Of a stretch of DNA of 64,000 nt, positions 9,386-20,842 are shown piece by piece. The position numbers and the translations under genes were made by a program. The notes under the pieces were generated by a model, which did no database searches, had not been told where the DNA came from, and worked only from the letters and a program-made list of their open reading frames with translations. Origin of the DNA: a virus (Duplodnaviria > Caudoviricetes); IMG/VR virus record IMGVR_UViG_3300025030_000042; one strand, written 5' to 3'. How positions within the stretch are numbered: position 1 is the first letter of the stretch; every line of letters begins with the position of its first letter.

Positions 9386-11209
9386 TTACGAAAGCAAAAC
9401 GGCTTTTTGACCATTCATCATTTTGGTATGTTCGGTGATTTTGTTCATAATGATTGCAAACTCATCGACTTGTTTTTCCGTCATTGCTTTGCTGATCAAA
9501 TGAGAGTTTCTGCCGACAAGTTCAAGGATTTCGGTCGATAGAATGCGAATATCGCCTTTTTTTCGTGAGAGATCTTTTTCTCTATATCGAAATAGTTGGT
9601 CCGTTTTTTCTTTCAATAGAGATAAGAAGTTGGAGACGAGGGTTTGTTCGACTGATTGAAGTTGATCGGTTAGGAAGTCGAGATCGAATTTGAGATCGGT
9701 TGACATTTTATTTCCTTTTGCATTCTAAACACAACGTCCTCAACCATCCACCCGTTTTTCTCATTTCGCCTTTTTCACTTCCGCAAATCTCACAAGTAAT
9801 CGCACTTTTTCGTTCTGCTTCTGCAATAAGATCGCTCATCTCCTTGGTTTCGATGGTCATATAGAACCTTAAAAATCCGAATTTTTCTTTCGCCTGAACG
9901 GCACGATAATCGCCACGCTTTTCTTCGGGCATCCTTAAAATACATTCTTCAAGTTTTGCCGACAAATCATATACCAGATCATTCCAACCGTCATCGAACG
10001 AAAACCCCCAACAAATCAAAGTCTTTGATAAAGATTCATCTTTGTCTCTATAAAGATTTGGAAAGTCGTTAAAAAGTTTTTCTGTGTTTTCTTTATTCAT
10101 TTGTGTAACCACCCTTTTACTGTTTGTCGAATATGTGGTCCTTCTCCGCACGCACACTTATCAAAACCTACCAAAGCAGAAATAACAACAATGAGAACGA
10201 TTCCAAGAATAAGTCGAATCATTTTATTCCTCCACCTTTTCAAAATACTTTTCGGTCATCCAGAAGTTATACGGTCTGCTTAACTTTTCATAACATTTAT
10301 CAAGTTGTGAATAAAATGTTTGATTGTCGGGTATCACCGAGTATATAAAACTATTTTTTCGGAAATCAACAGCAGTAATATTTCCAGTATTTCCTTTTAT
10401 CAAAAAATGATAACATCCGCTCCATCCATCTTCTTTTTTTGGAATATCTTCTATAAAAACTACTTTATCACCTTCTTTGAATTTTGTCATAGAAAACAAG
10501 CCATCAAGATATTGTTTGATTCGTTCCAAAGAATGTTTATATTTTTCACAACCGAGTTCTTTTACCAATGTCTTTTGAATGTGTTCGAAATCATTTAAAT
10601 ATTGTTTATATCCTTCTTCCCAACTCATCTTTTTCTCCTTCCAATGATTTCATACGGTGGAACCCACTCGCCATATTCATTCTTTATTTCATTACAATCA
10701 ATTTTCACCATCAAATGATTATAATCTGGGGACCAAACAAAAAAGAAGCATAATGTTTTTGATCCTCTTGTATCGATAAGAAAGAATGATTCTCTTTGAA
10801 TATAATTTTTTATGTAGCCGCGATCAAATTTTGGTGTCGTTGTATCTTCGCAGGCGACACCAAATAGAATCAATATAACCAAAATAAATCTTTTGACTAC
10901 CAACAACAACTACAACTTAAAACTCCTTGTTTATTAAAATAGTTTTTCTAATCGCCCCCATATTTCACAGTTGTTATATTTTTTATTCATTCTAATATTG
11001 ACACCAGATTTTCCTTTTAAAGTAAATACCTTTTCAAAATCAAACGATTTTGTTTTGTTATTCCAATCGCATTTGGCGAGTAGAGAGAATGTGGAAATGT
11101 AAGTATTATAGATTTTAATATTTACATACTGTTCTTGTTCCGCCAACAAAATGGCGTCACGAATAAAAAGGAGTGATATCAATACAAGAATTGTAAAAAA
11201 GATTTTCAT
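9386..11209 (-). CDS. Cluster of hypothetical ORFs (9386-9706, 9708-10100, 10224-10628, 10625-10909 lipoprotein-like, 10934-11209 with signal peptide)
   Basis: 9708-10100 has the QAKEKFGFLRFY...CEICG signature common in phage hypotheticals; 10625-10909 has FGVAC lipobox-like N-terminus. Confidence 0.6.
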
Positions 11210-11218
11210 TGTGATAAT

Positions 11219-12037
11219 CTATCCATTAGTTAACTCTTTCTTCAAGTTTCCATATAGTTCTTCAAATGTATTTTCACTAGTTCCGCTTTGTTGACCATCG
11301 TTGAGTTCTATAACTATCCAGGCGCCTGTTTCTGTCATCGCAACATCAATAGCATAGAATGATATTTGATTACCAATGCGTGGAATAATATTAGTTTTTA
11401 GAAACTCCCTTTGTCCTTGATCAGTATTGAATGCTTGTAAACCAGCTTTTTCTTCTACTTCTTCTAGGTGACTAGACCAGTAATAACCTCCAGATAGTAT
11501 TTTTTGATTGTAAATAAAGTATCTGTATTCTTGAGTTATTGGTAAACCGTGAAGAGAAATGCAGTATGTATTAAGAGGAATAAATCGGCGAATATAAATG
11601 TTTTGCCGGCCAATTAAACTATCATCAAGAAGTCTACAATATACATCCATCATTTCTTTTCGGTTTGATGCGAACATATGTGTATCCCAGAGATGTTTGT
11701 GTGAATTGGTCGCACCCTTCAACACGACAGGAAATACATCATCTGGAACCTTATAGGGTTCATTCCAAGTTTCCGGTGTGAAATCTTTAATATCTTCATA
11801 CCATCTCATTACATCGGCCACATAGAGATGTTGATGATAATTGTTGATTAGTTTTGAACAGGAATGCTCGAGATCTTGCTCTAGTTCTGAATAGAATGGC
11901 AGAACAGAATAGCGACCGATTACTAAACTATTATTTGGAATATTATTTCTGTGTTGAGAAACAGGAAAGTATTTAGCGGCGATATCTATTTCTTCACTGC
12001 CAGGTTGAATATGTCTGTAGAGAATAATGGGTTTCAT
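11219..12037 (-). CDS. ATP-grasp fold protein (R2K/DUF4343-like)
   Basis: PVVLKG, EYRYFI and FYAIDVAMT..W.VIELNDGQQSG motifs. Confidence 0.7.
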   Translation of the reverse strand: MKPIILYRHIQPGSEEIDIAAKYFPVSQHRNNIPNNSLVIGRYSVLPFYSELEQDLEHSCSKLINNYHQHLYVADVMRWYEDIKDFTPETWNEPYKVPDDVFPVVLKGATNSHKHLWDTHMFASNRKEMMDVYCRLLDDSLIGRQNIYIRRFIPLNTYCISLHGLPITQEYRYFIYNQKILSGGYYWSSHLEEVEEKAGLQAFNTDQGQREFLKTNIIPRIGNQISFYAIDVAMTETGAWIVIELNDGQQSGTSENTFEELYGNLKKELTNG

Positions 12038-13590
12038 TTATTTAACTTTATTAGAGATACTCTGAAATGTGAACCAATCTTTTTCTGATATTTTTTTGGA
12101 TTTATCCAACAAACACTAACAATTCTATCGTCTGTTTTACTTTCAGAAATTACAATACCAATTCCCAAATTCACAGAACCAGCACTGTGCGTTCTTACCA
12201 AATCGCCTGGTTTAAACATTGTCATCTTCCAATATCTCTAAACAAATCTTACGAATGATTACACTTTCATCTGTTTTTTCCATTTTCTCTATTTGTCTTT
12301 TAACATCTTCGTTTAAATGATTTGTTAATCCATATAAAACACCTTCTCTTACGACCGCATCTTTATGATTCAATAATGGAATCAACGCCTTTCTTACTAC
12401 GTCCGAATCTTTAATGTGACCAGCGTATTCAGCGGCAAATGTTAGTTCGTGACTTGGTAAATCAATAGATTCGATAATCTCCAACAATATTGCTGGATTT
12501 TCTTTTGAAAGTTTTTCTAAAAGTTGTCTACTCATTATTCTTTTTCTCTTGTTCCGCCACTACAATCTCAATTTCTTGAATCAGACGATTTTGATTATCG
12601 CGCATTGCCCTCGCATAACCTCGATAACCACGCGAAATGAATAGGAAAAGCAACGCAAATAAATACCCAAGCGTCGCCATCATTGGCGTCAACTTCCCGA
12701 ACATTCCAAGTAACGCGCCGGATACAAATACTGCCGAAAACACATAAAACACATTACTCCAAAAATCAAACTTTTTAAATGACCTATTTAGGTTATCCAT
12801 TTTATTATCGTTTACCTTTTCTGTTTTCTGGTATTCAAAGTTCTTGTATAAAAATCATCATTCATCGCTAAAAGTGCCGTTGAATATCCCATTTTAAAAG
12901 AATCTTTAACCATATCTTGAATTTCTGAAGAAGTCAAAGATGCTACCTTATCACACTTCTCGTTCATTTTTTTTGAAACAGAAGAAAAACTTTTAATAAA
13001 CTCTTCTTCCGTAATTCTTCTTTGCCAATTCTTGCCGGCATTGAAAAGAATCATTCCTAGAAAAAAACAAACGATTCCAACAATAACAAACAACATCATA
13101 ACACTCTCTCTTTTTTACAATCTCGGCAATAAACAAACGGGTGATTATCCGCATAGTTCGTATAAATATTATTTCTAAAACATTGACAATATGAATCGTC
13201 GCTATTTTTTCTTTCTTCAAATTCAAGTTCAGCTAAAATGATTTTATCGGTTTTGCCATCAATGTGAGAAACAAAAACTGGAATATTAGAAACAAAACTT
13301 TTATTTATGTCCGACCCCCTAAAATCAAGATCAAAATAATAATATTTTCCATCAAAGGCAATATAAATTCGATCGAAATCTTGTAATGTCGTGGAACCTG
13401 GAAGAACCATTTGTTTCTTTTCAACCTTATGTACAAGCAAGGGGTTTGTTCCCATGCGAAATATCAAAGGTATTTTTTGAGAACCATAGTGTTGAATAAG
13501 TTTATCCACATATTCTGGATTTAGAAAAATCGTATTTCCTTCATCGATTTTAAGCGGCGGCATACTACAAAACTCCATATTTATTTTCAA
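12034..13590 (-). CDS. Cluster: KxGDLV-family ORF 12034-12225, HEAT-repeat-like 12212-12535, membrane proteins 12528-12800 and 12812-13099, hypothetical 13096-13590
   Basis: HEAT-like LIPLLNHKDAVVREGVLYGL; hydrophobic N-terminal helices. Confidence 0.55.
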
Positions 13591-14119
13591 TAAATTTATT
13601 TATGTTGTCCGCATCTTCTTTTGTGACTACAACAAAGTCTAATACTTTTTTCGCCCGATCGTCAAGAACTTTTTTCTCCTGTAACATCAAGGAGATACGC
13701 TTCGGTGTGCCTCGGGCGATATGCCGGCGCTTCAATTCCTCGATGTCGGCATCACAATAAACGCAAATGATACTTCTATTAAAATCTTTTGCAATCAGAT
13801 AAAGTCTTTTAATAGAATTAATATCAGAGATCATAACCGATTTTTTCGGCTCAATAAAAGAATCAAACAAAATACCATAAAAGTTTCCATTATAACTATT
13901 ATCATTGATGATTTTATTTGCAATCTTTAACGAATGCCATCGTTTCTTAGAAATGAAATAATAATCAAACTCAGATTCATTATCTCTTTTTTGTCGAGTG
14001 GTATAAGAAATAATATTATAATATTTATATTGCTCTACGAAATATTTTTTCCAAGTGGTTTTGCCCGCGCCGGTGGCACCAAAAAGAACAATAATTGGGG
14101 TTGTTATTTTATTTAACAT
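13565..14119 (-). CDS. gmk: Guanylate kinase
   Basis: P-loop GATGAGKT, SYTTRQKR.NE..DYYFIS, NFYG. Confidence 0.85.
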   Translation of the reverse strand: MLNKITTPIIVLFGATGAGKTTWKKYFVEQYKYYNIISYTTRQKRDNESEFDYYFISKKRWHSLKIANKIINDNSYNGNFYGILFDSFIEPKKSVMISDINSIKRLYLIAKDFNRSIICVYCDADIEELKRRHIARGTPKRISLMLQEKKVLDDRAKKVLDFVVVTKEDADNINKFIENKYGVL

Positions 14120-14330
14120 TATAATAACTTTTTAAGATACTCACTCCGCTCTCGATTAAAACCTTTAATATTAATAGCTTCTTTTCCGTCTTTGATGTGC
14201 AGAGGAGATTTAATCCAAAAGATCCTACAAGGATCGTTACGATTTTCGGCACGCAAAATCAAACCCAATCCATTTTTATAAAATCTACTACAATATTCAA
14301 CCAAATCTCCAACTTAATATCGTTTTTCAT
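14119..14330 (-). pseudogene. KxGDLV-family ORF with a 1-nt frameshift after ATG AAA AAC GAT ATT AA
   Basis: Adding one A gives MKNDIKVGDLVEYC..., matching neighbour MPSDIKVGDLV; could also be a sequencing error. Confidence 0.5.
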
Positions 14331-14819
14331 TTGATTTTCTTTAGACTATCAATAGATAATATTGATATTTTATAAAATCCGTTATAATATATTGTTTCCG
14401 GTTTCTTTATCCAATATATAAGATAAAATGAAATATCTCGTATTTTTGACAATTTATTATCTTTTTTTATAACCAATCCCAAACCTTTAGTAACAATATC
14501 AGAATCATTTACATTTTCAAAACAATTCCATCTCACCAAATCGCCAACTTTAATATCACTAGGCATTGATTTTTATCAAATAATCAATGGGGTGAATGTT
14601 AATCTTTTTATTGTAAAATCTGGGAATCTTTATCCAATAAATAAGGTAATAAAACGTAAGATATCTTTGTGAAATAATATCTTCTTTTCTCAATATCAAC
14701 CCCAAACCAATTGGTGGAGCACTAAAATCTAAAGGATATGAGTTATATCCAACCAAATCGCCTGGATAAAGTTCGGGGGACATACCAAGCATTGTAGCAC
14801 GGCAGTCCCCCGATGTCAA
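14327..14819 (-). CDS. Two tandem KxGDLV-family ORFs (14327-14566, 14559-14819)
   Basis: GDLV...GLGL(V/I)...YLIYWIK shared. Confidence 0.65.
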
Positions 14820-14845
14820 GTAGGATCACCCCCTATTTTCGGTTA

Positions 14846-15286
14846 TCATTCCACCTTTATAGTGGTAACCGGAATCTTTTTTAGTTCTTCTTTTTTGATG
14901 GTCACAATAAGAACGCCAGCATCATAAGAAGCGGAAATATTTTCTGAAATAGATCCTTGAGGAATTTTCCAAGATTCCTTTCGAGACGTAAGGAACTTTG
15001 AGGCTTTATTTTCTTTTTTAACTTCATAAAAAATCGTTAGCAGTTCTCCATCCAAAGAAATGTTGAAATCTTCTTTTTTAAGTCCCGGCGCCACAACTTC
15101 AATAATTATTTGATTGTCAGTTTCATCACAAAAAGATTGATTTTTGTTTGTATTCAAAATCTTTAAAAGTTCTTCTGTTGCTGGGCCGGGTTTATCGAGA
15201 TTCATATCCCACGGTTTAGCCGGCGGGCACGGGCAGTCCGAATATCCAAACCCCAATAAATCATTTTTTGACATTGTTAAAAACAT
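14846..15286 (-). CDS. Small heat-shock protein Hsp20
   Basis: Alpha-crystallin motifs IEVVAPGLKKEDFNISLDGELLTI and ISASYDAGVLIVTI; GGAGG RBS. Confidence 0.9.
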   Translation of the reverse strand: MFLTMSKNDLLGFGYSDCPCPPAKPWDMNLDKPGPATEELLKILNTNKNQSFCDETDNQIIIEVVAPGLKKEDFNISLDGELLTIFYEVKKENKASKFLTSRKESWKIPQGSISENISASYDAGVLIVTIKKEELKKIPVTTIKVE

Positions 15287-15361
15287 TTCCTTTCCTCCTT
15301 TGTATATTTGCCGAATTTTGTCAACATCACAAAAGAGAACATAAACACAATATTTTTCTTA

Positions 15362-16635
15362 TCAACCCTTCAAAAGCATTTTTTCTTTTATTTTTTTATT
15401 ACCATTTAACTTTTTGCTTACTTCTTCCGGAGATCCGGCAACAACAATCGTTCCAGACTTCATTATTACTTTTGTAAATCTTGTATGTTCGTTCAATCCT
15501 TCTGGAAGCAATCCCATTTTCAAATGATTTACCATCGTTTCATCTAAAGATAACTTGACAACATCATTATTATTTATCCAAACTTCCTTTATTGTATATG
15601 GCTTTTTTGTTTTATCCGTTTGCGTAAACTTTTCTCCGGTCATAATAACTTCATAAAACTTTATCATCAAATAAGTTTTCCTTCCTTATTCAACGCATAT
15701 GTTTCTTTTTTTCTTACCTTCCAAGTCTTTCCTTTATACAGCACCTTGGCACAGTTTATCTCTTCATATCCAAGATACAAGGCCACAATAGGTTCGGTCG
15801 TCCTAAAAAAAGAATTATAATCAAAAAGAGTAACCGAAGCTGGAATATATACAAGTTCTCCGAACTCTATTTCACTCTTGTTTTGTGTCATTTGCTCCTT
15901 GTTTATGTTCGTCATATGATTGTAACACATCATAACAATCTTCAAGTGAAATGTCAACTTCAGTTAAAATTTGACGAATCCATTGAATATATGACATAAT
16001 GCTTTTTGGATTCTTGTTAGTAAGAAGCCAGGCGTTTATTTCATTTAATGAAAATGTTATATCGTTTTTTCTTATTGTGTCCGAAAGAGCCTTTGATAAT
16101 TTTGGATATATCTCATCTTCTTTCGTACGCAATGGTATTTTATAGATATTGCTCATAGTGACACCGGATCTGCGCCGGAAGCCCAAAAACATTTATTGTT
16201 TTTTTCATCCGTAATCATAAGAACTTCAATAAATGTTTCATTATTTTTATTCTTTTTAATATTACATTGATAAAACTCAAGATTTCCATAACGTGATTTT
16301 GTTCGTTTTTTTGTAGATTGAACAAAATCTACTTGGTTTAAAAACTCAATACATTGTTCGGTTATTTGTTTTTCTGTTGTTCCACCTTGTAACAAAGCGT
16401 CAACATCAACCTCCAAGTCTTCAAGATATCCGCATACCACCCACCTTTTAAATCCATAACTTGGAATATTCCACCAGTTTGATTGGTGATAGCGACCCAA
16501 ACGCAAATCATTTATTTCATCCGATTCTACAAATTCTGTAATAGGACGCAATTTACATTTAATCATTTTTTTCTCATTGTTAGAGGAATGCTTTGAAAAT
16601 AGCAACAATAACTGTAGAACCAATAACTCCCGCAA
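15362..16635 (-). CDS. Cluster of hypothetical ORFs (15362-15670, 15667-~15890, 15872-16156, 16153-~16565)
   Basis: Co-oriented packed ORFs; starts uncertain. Confidence 0.5.
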
Positions 16636-16912
16636 TCGTCCAAAGTATTTTTTGTTTTGTCATAAGAACGGCATTTTGTATTGAGAGAGTGTTGATGTTG
16701 ACGTCAAGACCTTCAAACTTTTTATCAATCTTTTCAAATCTAATATCAATCTTGTCGGTTAAATGATCTATTTTTTGGTGTGTTTTTTCTATGCTATCTT
16801 CAAGTCTTTCTATTCGATAAGTAAATAATGTATGTTCTTCTGTTTGACTGTTTATTGATTCTTCTTTTGGAAACAGAAGTTCTGGCGCTAAATCGCGATT
16901 ATTGTTGCTCAT
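16580..16912 (-). CDS. Coiled-coil protein with C-terminal TM helix (XhlA/holin-like)
   Basis: Heptad region followed by ILWTIAGVIGSTVIVAIF; CTATTTA motif upstream. Confidence 0.5.
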   Translation of the reverse strand: MSNNNRDLAPELLFPKEESINSQTEEHTLFTYRIERLEDSIEKTHQKIDHLTDKIDIRFEKIDKKFEGLDVNINTLSIQNAVLMTKQKILWTIAGVIGSTVIVAIFKAFL

Positions 16913-16983
16913 TCATCCCGCCCTCATAGAAGTAAAAAGTCTCCTCTATCAAATAAATAGTTTCTATGTATAAGAGTTTATAT

Positions 16984-18546
16984 TTATTCTTCAATAACCG
17001 CTGATTTCGTCATAATCAAAGTTGTCGCAACCGAAACCGCATTTTGAAGAGAACAACGTACAACCTTCATTGGATCGAGAATACCAGCAGAAATCATATC
17101 CGTCATTTTTTCATCGGAAATATTATAACCAATATAAAAACCTCTACTTCTTTCAATCTTGTTTATAATGACTTCTGGAGATACCCCAGCATTTTGCAAC
17201 ATCAACTTCAATGGCTTATATACCGCTTCTTTTAATACCTGCCCACCAAATCTTTCAGATTCAGAAAGATATTTAACCTTGCTTCTTTTTGATGCCCGAA
17301 TTAAAGATACTCCACCGCCCGGAAGTATACCTTCTTGTTGTGCCGAGCGAACTGCTTCCAAAGCATCATCAATACGATGTTTTTTTTCGATCATTTCCAC
17401 TTCGGTATTACCGCCAACACGAATAATACCAACACCACTTGCCAATCTTGTAATTCGTTCTTGAATGCGTTCACACTCTTTAAGATCTTCGGTCTGTTCA
17501 ATCTCTTTCTTTAATGTTTCAATCCGTTCATCGATTTTTTGCTCATCCCCTTTACCACCTACAATCGTTGTAAATCCTTTAACAATCTCAACAGATTTGG
17601 CAGAACCGAAATGAGCAAGTTTAATACCTTTTGGATTCAATCCTTCTTCTGCTGATACAAAAGCCGCGCCGGTTGAAATACAGAGATCGCGCATAATGTT
17701 GCGTCGTTCCTCGCCATACCGAGGCGCACGAACGGCAGTAACAAACATTGTGCCACGTTTGGCGTTAGCGATAAGGGCTGCCAGTGCTTGCCCATAGACA
17801 TCTTCTGCCACAATTAACAACGGTCGCTTTTCTCGGGCGGCAAACTCCAAAACAGGATAAATCATTTCAACAAACTCAATCTTTTGATCACAAACAAAAA
17901 TCATTGGATCATTATATTTGACCATCAAGTTTCGTTCATCAGTAATAAATACTGGGGATATAAATCCAGAATCAAATCTAAAACCATCAATAATGTGAAG
18001 TTCTGTTTTGTGGCTTCCGCCCTCTTCTACAAGAATTGCTCCATCTTTGCCGACCTTTTCAATAGCGGTTGCTATCATATTGCCTATTTCTTGATCTCCG
18101 TTGGCAGAAATGGTGGCAATATTGATAATATCTTTTTTATTACGAATCGGAATGGATTTATCTTTGAGATATTCTACGATTGCTTCGGTTGTTTTTTCTA
18201 TTCCCCGTTTGATTTCGATTGAAGCAAATCCCGAAGCGATATACTTTTGTGCTTGTTCAAGAATGGCGCCGACCAATACACAAGAAGTTGTTGTGCCGTC
18301 GCCAGACATCTTTTCGGTTTGACGGCACGCTTGTTTAATGATTTGTGCTCCGACATTTTCGATCGGATCTTCAAGACTGATATGAGATGCGACCGTAACA
18401 CCATCTTTGGTGGCGATAGGGTTCAATCCTTTGCGGTGAATGATTACATTTTGTCCACGAGGACCTAATGTTTGCGATACAACAGAAACAACTTTTTGAA
18501 TACCAGATAAGATCTCTTTTTGTTTATTGTCGTAGATTTTAATCAT
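16984..18546 (-). CDS. groEL: Chaperonin GroEL
   Basis: TLGPRG, TKDGVTVA, GDGTTT, GILPGGG, GILDP motifs; 520 aa. Confidence 0.97.
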   Translation of the reverse strand: MIKIYDNKQKEILSGIQKVVSVVSQTLGPRGQNVIIHRKGLNPIATKDGVTVASHISLEDPIENVGAQIIKQACRQTEKMSGDGTTTSCVLVGAILEQAQKYIASGFASIEIKRGIEKTTEAIVEYLKDKSIPIRNKKDIINIATISANGDQEIGNMIATAIEKVGKDGAILVEEGGSHKTELHIIDGFRFDSGFISPVFITDERNLMVKYNDPMIFVCDQKIEFVEMIYPVLEFAAREKRPLLIVAEDVYGQALAALIANAKRGTMFVTAVRAPRYGEERRNIMRDLCISTGAAFVSAEEGLNPKGIKLAHFGSAKSVEIVKGFTTIVGGKGDEQKIDERIETLKKEIEQTEDLKECERIQERITRLASGVGIIRVGGNTEVEMIEKKHRIDDALEAVRSAQQEGILPGGGVSLIRASKRSKVKYLSESERFGGQVLKEAVYKPLKLMLQNAGVSPEVIINKIERSRGFYIGYNISDEKMTDMISAGILDPMKVVRCSLQNAVSVATTLIMTKSAVIEE

Positions 18547-18926
18547 TGTGCGTTAAAACCCCCTCTGGAAAATAATATCTAACATACGGAATATCATTAT
18601 TGCCTTTTACCATCAAGCCTTGTGAATCAATATTGCGAGATTTACAAAATATTTCTATAAAATCTATTACTTCGGACATTCTAACAGTATCCATCCCGCT
18701 TGCATTAAATTCAATATAGTTTTCAGTTATTTTAATAAACATCGTATACTTTATACAAATATTTTGGTTTTATATAATCTATTACACCACTGCCGATCCA
18801 ATATATTTCCGCAATTATACAAGAATCCCTACGAACATTTCTTCTATAAAATCGTAAAACTAATCCCATTTTATAGCAAGAAAGATTATAATAGACCAAA
18901 TCTCCAACTTTAAATGAATGTTTCAT
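18539..18926 (-). CDS. Hypothetical 18539-18742 and KxGDLV-family ORF 18732-18926
   Basis: FKVGDLVYY...MGLVL...IYWI. Confidence 0.6.
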
Positions 18927-19113
18927 ATTTTCTTAAATCTATTCCTAAATTCCAATCAATCTCTATTTCATCCACTACATTTTTAATCCAAAAAACCCTA
19001 TAAAACCAATCCGGATAATTTATCAATTTTTAATATAACTCCAGGATTCTTTTTTTATCCGAATACCAATAAACCAAATCACCGATCTTAAACTTTGTTT
19101 TTTCTATTTTCAT
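18913..19113 (-). pseudogene. Disrupted KxGDLV-family ORF
   Basis: MKIEKTKFKIGDLVYWY... is interrupted by an in-frame TAA; the same frame resumes as ...YPDWFYRVFWIK. Confidence 0.45.
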
Positions 19114-19127
19114 CAATACTTATCTTT

Positions 19128-19346
19128 ATGAACACCGAACAAAAACTTCAATATAATAAAGAATCATCAAAAAAATATGGTTGGACTCCAGAGTGGTTGA
19201 GTGAATATGGTTTTACCGTTTCTCTTATCAAGAGCATCGAAGACTTTCAGCAAGAACAAAGTCTACCTATTGACGGTCTTGTCGGTCCCAACACATATAG
19301 ACGATTATACACACATAAACAGTTTTGTCAAGCGCCAAGTTTTTAA
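19128..19346 (+). pseudogene. Truncated duplicate of the endolysin N-terminus (PG-binding domain)
   Basis: MNTEQKLQYNKESSKKYGW...DGLVGPNTYRRLYT closely matches the start of 19965-20840. Confidence 0.7.
19304..19331 (-). promoter_or_regulatory. Near-consensus sigma70 promoter inside the endolysin fragment
   Basis: TTGACA-16-TATAAT pointing toward the groEL block. Confidence 0.7.
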
Positions 19347-19867
19347 AGAATAAGTTTATTTCCTTTACAAATATTTTCTCTTGAATCCAATGGTCGTAAA
19401 TTTTGTAATGACCAACATTTTTGAAACTCTTCTTCATCTAAAGATATAAAATTAAAAAATGATTGTGGAATAATATGATCTATGTTCCAAAATTTTTTAT
19501 CATCAGAAGATTTTGAATTTCCGTAATTTTCCCAAGACATCCAATCTTCAAATTGTGATTCAAGATGTTCTTTTAGTTGCTCAATAGTGTAAGGAAGATA
19601 TTTCATTATTGAAGAATTTTTTCCACTACATCTTTTTCTCAAATAATCTCTAATTGCACAAGAAATAACATTCCTTAAACGAAAATTTGGATCGTTTTTT
19701 CGTTTTTCATAAAATCTTTTTTTAACCAATTTTCTTTTTTCAGATCTATAATATTCATTACAACATTTTTTACAGTGTGTTCGCTTACCATCTTTTCTAT
19801 GACTATCTTTTGTAAATTCCTCTAAAAACTTTCTTTCTTTACATTTAGAACATCGTTTAGTTTCCAT
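19343..19867 (-). mobile_element. Free-standing HNH homing endonuclease
   Basis: N-terminal CxxC..CxxC; WNIDHIIP...NLRPL..REN..KGN HNH motif. Confidence 0.85.
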
Positions 19868-19905
19868 AAATAGCATCCCCCCTTGAAATAAATAGGATGC
19901 TATTT
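19868..19905 (-). promoter_or_regulatory. 11-bp hairpin overlapping the HNH translation-initiation region
   Basis: AAATAGCATCC / GGATGCTATTT inverted repeat; G-rich RBS at the 3' arm; CTATTTA at the 5' arm/loop junction. Confidence 0.7.
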
Positions 19906-19964
19906 TGTTTTATTATAATATAAAAATAAAACCTATTTAATTATATACTAGGAGACTTATATCA

Positions 19965-20840
19965 ATGACCATCGAACAAAAAATTCAATATAACAAAGAA
20001 TCATCCAAAAAATATGGGTGGTCCCCAGAATGGTTAAACGAAATAGGATTTACTCTTTCGCTTATAAAATCAATAGAAAATTTTCAAAATCAAAATTTTC
20101 TTTCTGTTGATGGTTTAGTTGGACCAAACACATATAGAAAACTATATACCAACCACCAAACAACTGAATTAAAAATAAATCAAACAATTATTGTCAATAA
20201 TAAAAATATTCCTATTACTTGGAATAAAGTAATCAATTTGCAAGATGTTGGTTCTTTATTGTTGCCGAAATCTTGTTATAAGAAATCGTGGACAAAACGA
20301 AAAGTATCGCAATTTGTTATTCATTGGGACAGCACTTTCAGTTCTCATCATTGTTATAACATTCTCAAGAAAAGAGGCTTATCGGTTCATTTTGAAATAG
20401 ATAACGATGGAACAATATACCAGTTTGTTGATACCAATCATATTTGTTGGCACGCTCCGGATAGTAACTATGTTTCCGTTGGCGTTGAAATGTCAAATGC
20501 GGTTTATCCGTTAAAATATCAAGACTGGTATGACAAAAACGGATTTGGAAAGCGACCGATATTGACTGGTGTTAAATGTCATAAAACTATTTATCCGCCC
20601 TTTCTTGGGTTCTATCCAATCCAGATTGAAGCATTGAAAGCACTACTAAAAACGGTTTGCTCTCATTATAGCATACCACTTCAAGTTCCATTGGATCCGA
20701 GCGGCAACCTAATAAATACAGTATATCCTCCAGCAGAACAACTTCAATGGTCCGGCATTCTTGCTCATTATCACCTTTCTTATAAAAAATGGGATGTTGC
20801 GGGATTGGATTTAAAACAAGTCGTTTCGGAAATTAAATAA
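19965..20840 (+). CDS. Endolysin: PG-binding domain plus N-acetylmuramoyl-L-alanine amidase (Amidase_2)
   Basis: DGLVGPNT, FVIHWD, SVHFEID.DGTIYQ, CWHA, SVGVEM, LAHY..S.KKWD; AGGAG RBS. Confidence 0.88.
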   Translation: MTIEQKIQYNKESSKKYGWSPEWLNEIGFTLSLIKSIENFQNQNFLSVDGLVGPNTYRKLYTNHQTTELKINQTIIVNNKNIPITWNKVINLQDVGSLLLPKSCYKKSWTKRKVSQFVIHWDSTFSSHHCYNILKKRGLSVHFEIDNDGTIYQFVDTNHICWHAPDSNYVSVGVEMSNAVYPLKYQDWYDKNGFGKRPILTGVKCHKTIYPPFLGFYPIQIEALKALLKTVCSHYSIPLQVPLDPSGNLINTVYPPAEQLQWSGILAHYHLSYKKWDVAGLDLKQVVSEIK

Positions 20841-20842
20841 AT

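Noticed and set aside
10266-10293. GACCGTATAAC resembling the promoter motif
   Set aside because: It lies inside a coding region and lacks the AAATAWT element.
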